A stretch of 35,497 nt of DNA from Candidatus Aminicenantes bacterium (lineage in GTDB: Bacteria; Acidobacteriota; Aminicenantia; Aminicenantales; Saccharicenantaceae): contig JBFYNT010000309.1 in NCBI GenBank assembly GCA_041304225.1, positions 1 through 35,497 on the forward strand. Reading direction: 5' to 3'. Below, one piece after another: positions 35,128 to 35,497 of the stretch. The notes below the pieces were generated by a model. It made no database searches, was not told the DNA's origin, and worked only from the letters and a program-made list of their open reading frames with translations. The position numbers and the translations under genes are program-made. Within the stretch, counting starts at the first letter, position 1. Each line of letters opens with the position of its first letter.

Positions 35128-35384
35128 GGGATCATCCCTTTCGCCCTCAGGCTTTCTTCGACGAGGTCCATCTGGTACTTCTTCATGATGTTACCGGGAT
35201 GCGGTTTATGCAGGCGGATGATGTGACCGCTCGTCTTGTTGTAAAAAGCGATACGCGATCCCGAGGTCTTGCCGGAGCGGATCCGATCATACCCGAGATC
35301 TCCTAGCAGAGCGCTCATTTCGTCGAATCCGAAATCCACCGGCTTGGCCAGGAATCGTCGCAGCCACTTGTCCCGGCGGCTCAT
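35124..35384 (-). CDS. hicA: HicA-family mRNA interferase toxin
   Basis: MSRRDKWLRRFLAKPVDFGFDEMSALLGDLGY...GKTSGSRIAFYN...IIRLHKPHPGNIMKKYQ is the HicA (YcfA-like) pattern. It overlaps hicB by 4 nt. Confidence 0.8.
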   Translation of the reverse strand: MSRRDKWLRRFLAKPVDFGFDEMSALLGDLGYDRIRSGKTSGSRIAFYNKTSGHIIRLHKPHPGNIMKKYQMDLVEESLRAKGMIP

Positions 35385-35412
35385 GGCCAGAATACCATCC
35401 CATCCTCCGAAA

Positions 35413-35433
35413 TGCAACTATATAATAGTTGCA
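35413..35433. promoter_or_regulatory. 21-bp palindromic operator overlapping the hicAB -10 region
   Basis: TGCAACTAT-ATA-ATAGTTGCA is a perfect 9-bp inverted repeat. It contains TATAAT/TATATA-like hexamers. TTGTGA (35447-42, minus strand) is a possible -35. Confidence 0.55.
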
Positions 35434-35497
35434 CAGGATGCTCACAATCCCCGGATCATCCCTTTCCTGGGCAATGGGCGGGGCCTGCGAATTGCCG

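Overview
GC-rich chromosomal window from a diderm bacterium. Diderm markers are OM beta-barrels ending in Phe, SurA-like chaperones, an EnvC-like activator and lipoproteins. Rubredoxin, an anaerobic sulfatase maturase and pyruvoyl arginine decarboxylase hint at an anaerobe, possibly Acidobacteriota-like, but that is inference only. About 32 genes can be supported. Most long ORFs antisense to recognisable genes are GC-driven shadow ORFs.

Gene order:
- TonB-receptor-like OMP (5' partial)
- membrane-anchored LuxR-HTH/TPR regulator
- exported GATase1/C26 hydrolase
- CBM9/DUF5916-like OMP
- rubredoxin-GltS(FMN) fusion
- mazEF-like TA pair
- alpha/beta hydrolase
- mfd with two SurA/PpiC PPIases, convergent with envC-like / S41 ctpA-like / yibQ plus lipoprotein-pdaD
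- anSME radical SAM
- Tat dienelactone hydrolase
- MOFRL glycerate kinase
- exported creatininase-family protein
- a 400-bp AT-richer intergenic region
- an unknown 154-aa protein
- a same-strand envelope cluster (NHL propeller, OMP, CxxC redoxin, WxxGxW peptide)
- M20 peptidase with YfcC transporter
- two HicB loci, one intact hicAB and one with a decayed hicA

No rRNA, tRNA, CRISPR array, transposase or integrase was seen.

Most interesting signals:
1. Two tandem 152-bp-spaced units at 26205-26500. Each has a near-consensus sigma70 promoter and a conserved, apparently covarying hairpin/pseudoknot-like RNA, upstream of the orphan 154-aa gene.
2. A perfect 28-bp inverted repeat enclosing a 58-nt GC-rich core at 16815-16928. 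It does not have intrinsic-terminator geometry.
3. An S41 (CtpA-like) protein with both catalytic dyad positions substituted, next to a degenerate-LytM EnvC-like protein.
4. A hicA remnant converted into the leader of an orphan hicB.
5. Several promoters placed for leaderless transcripts.
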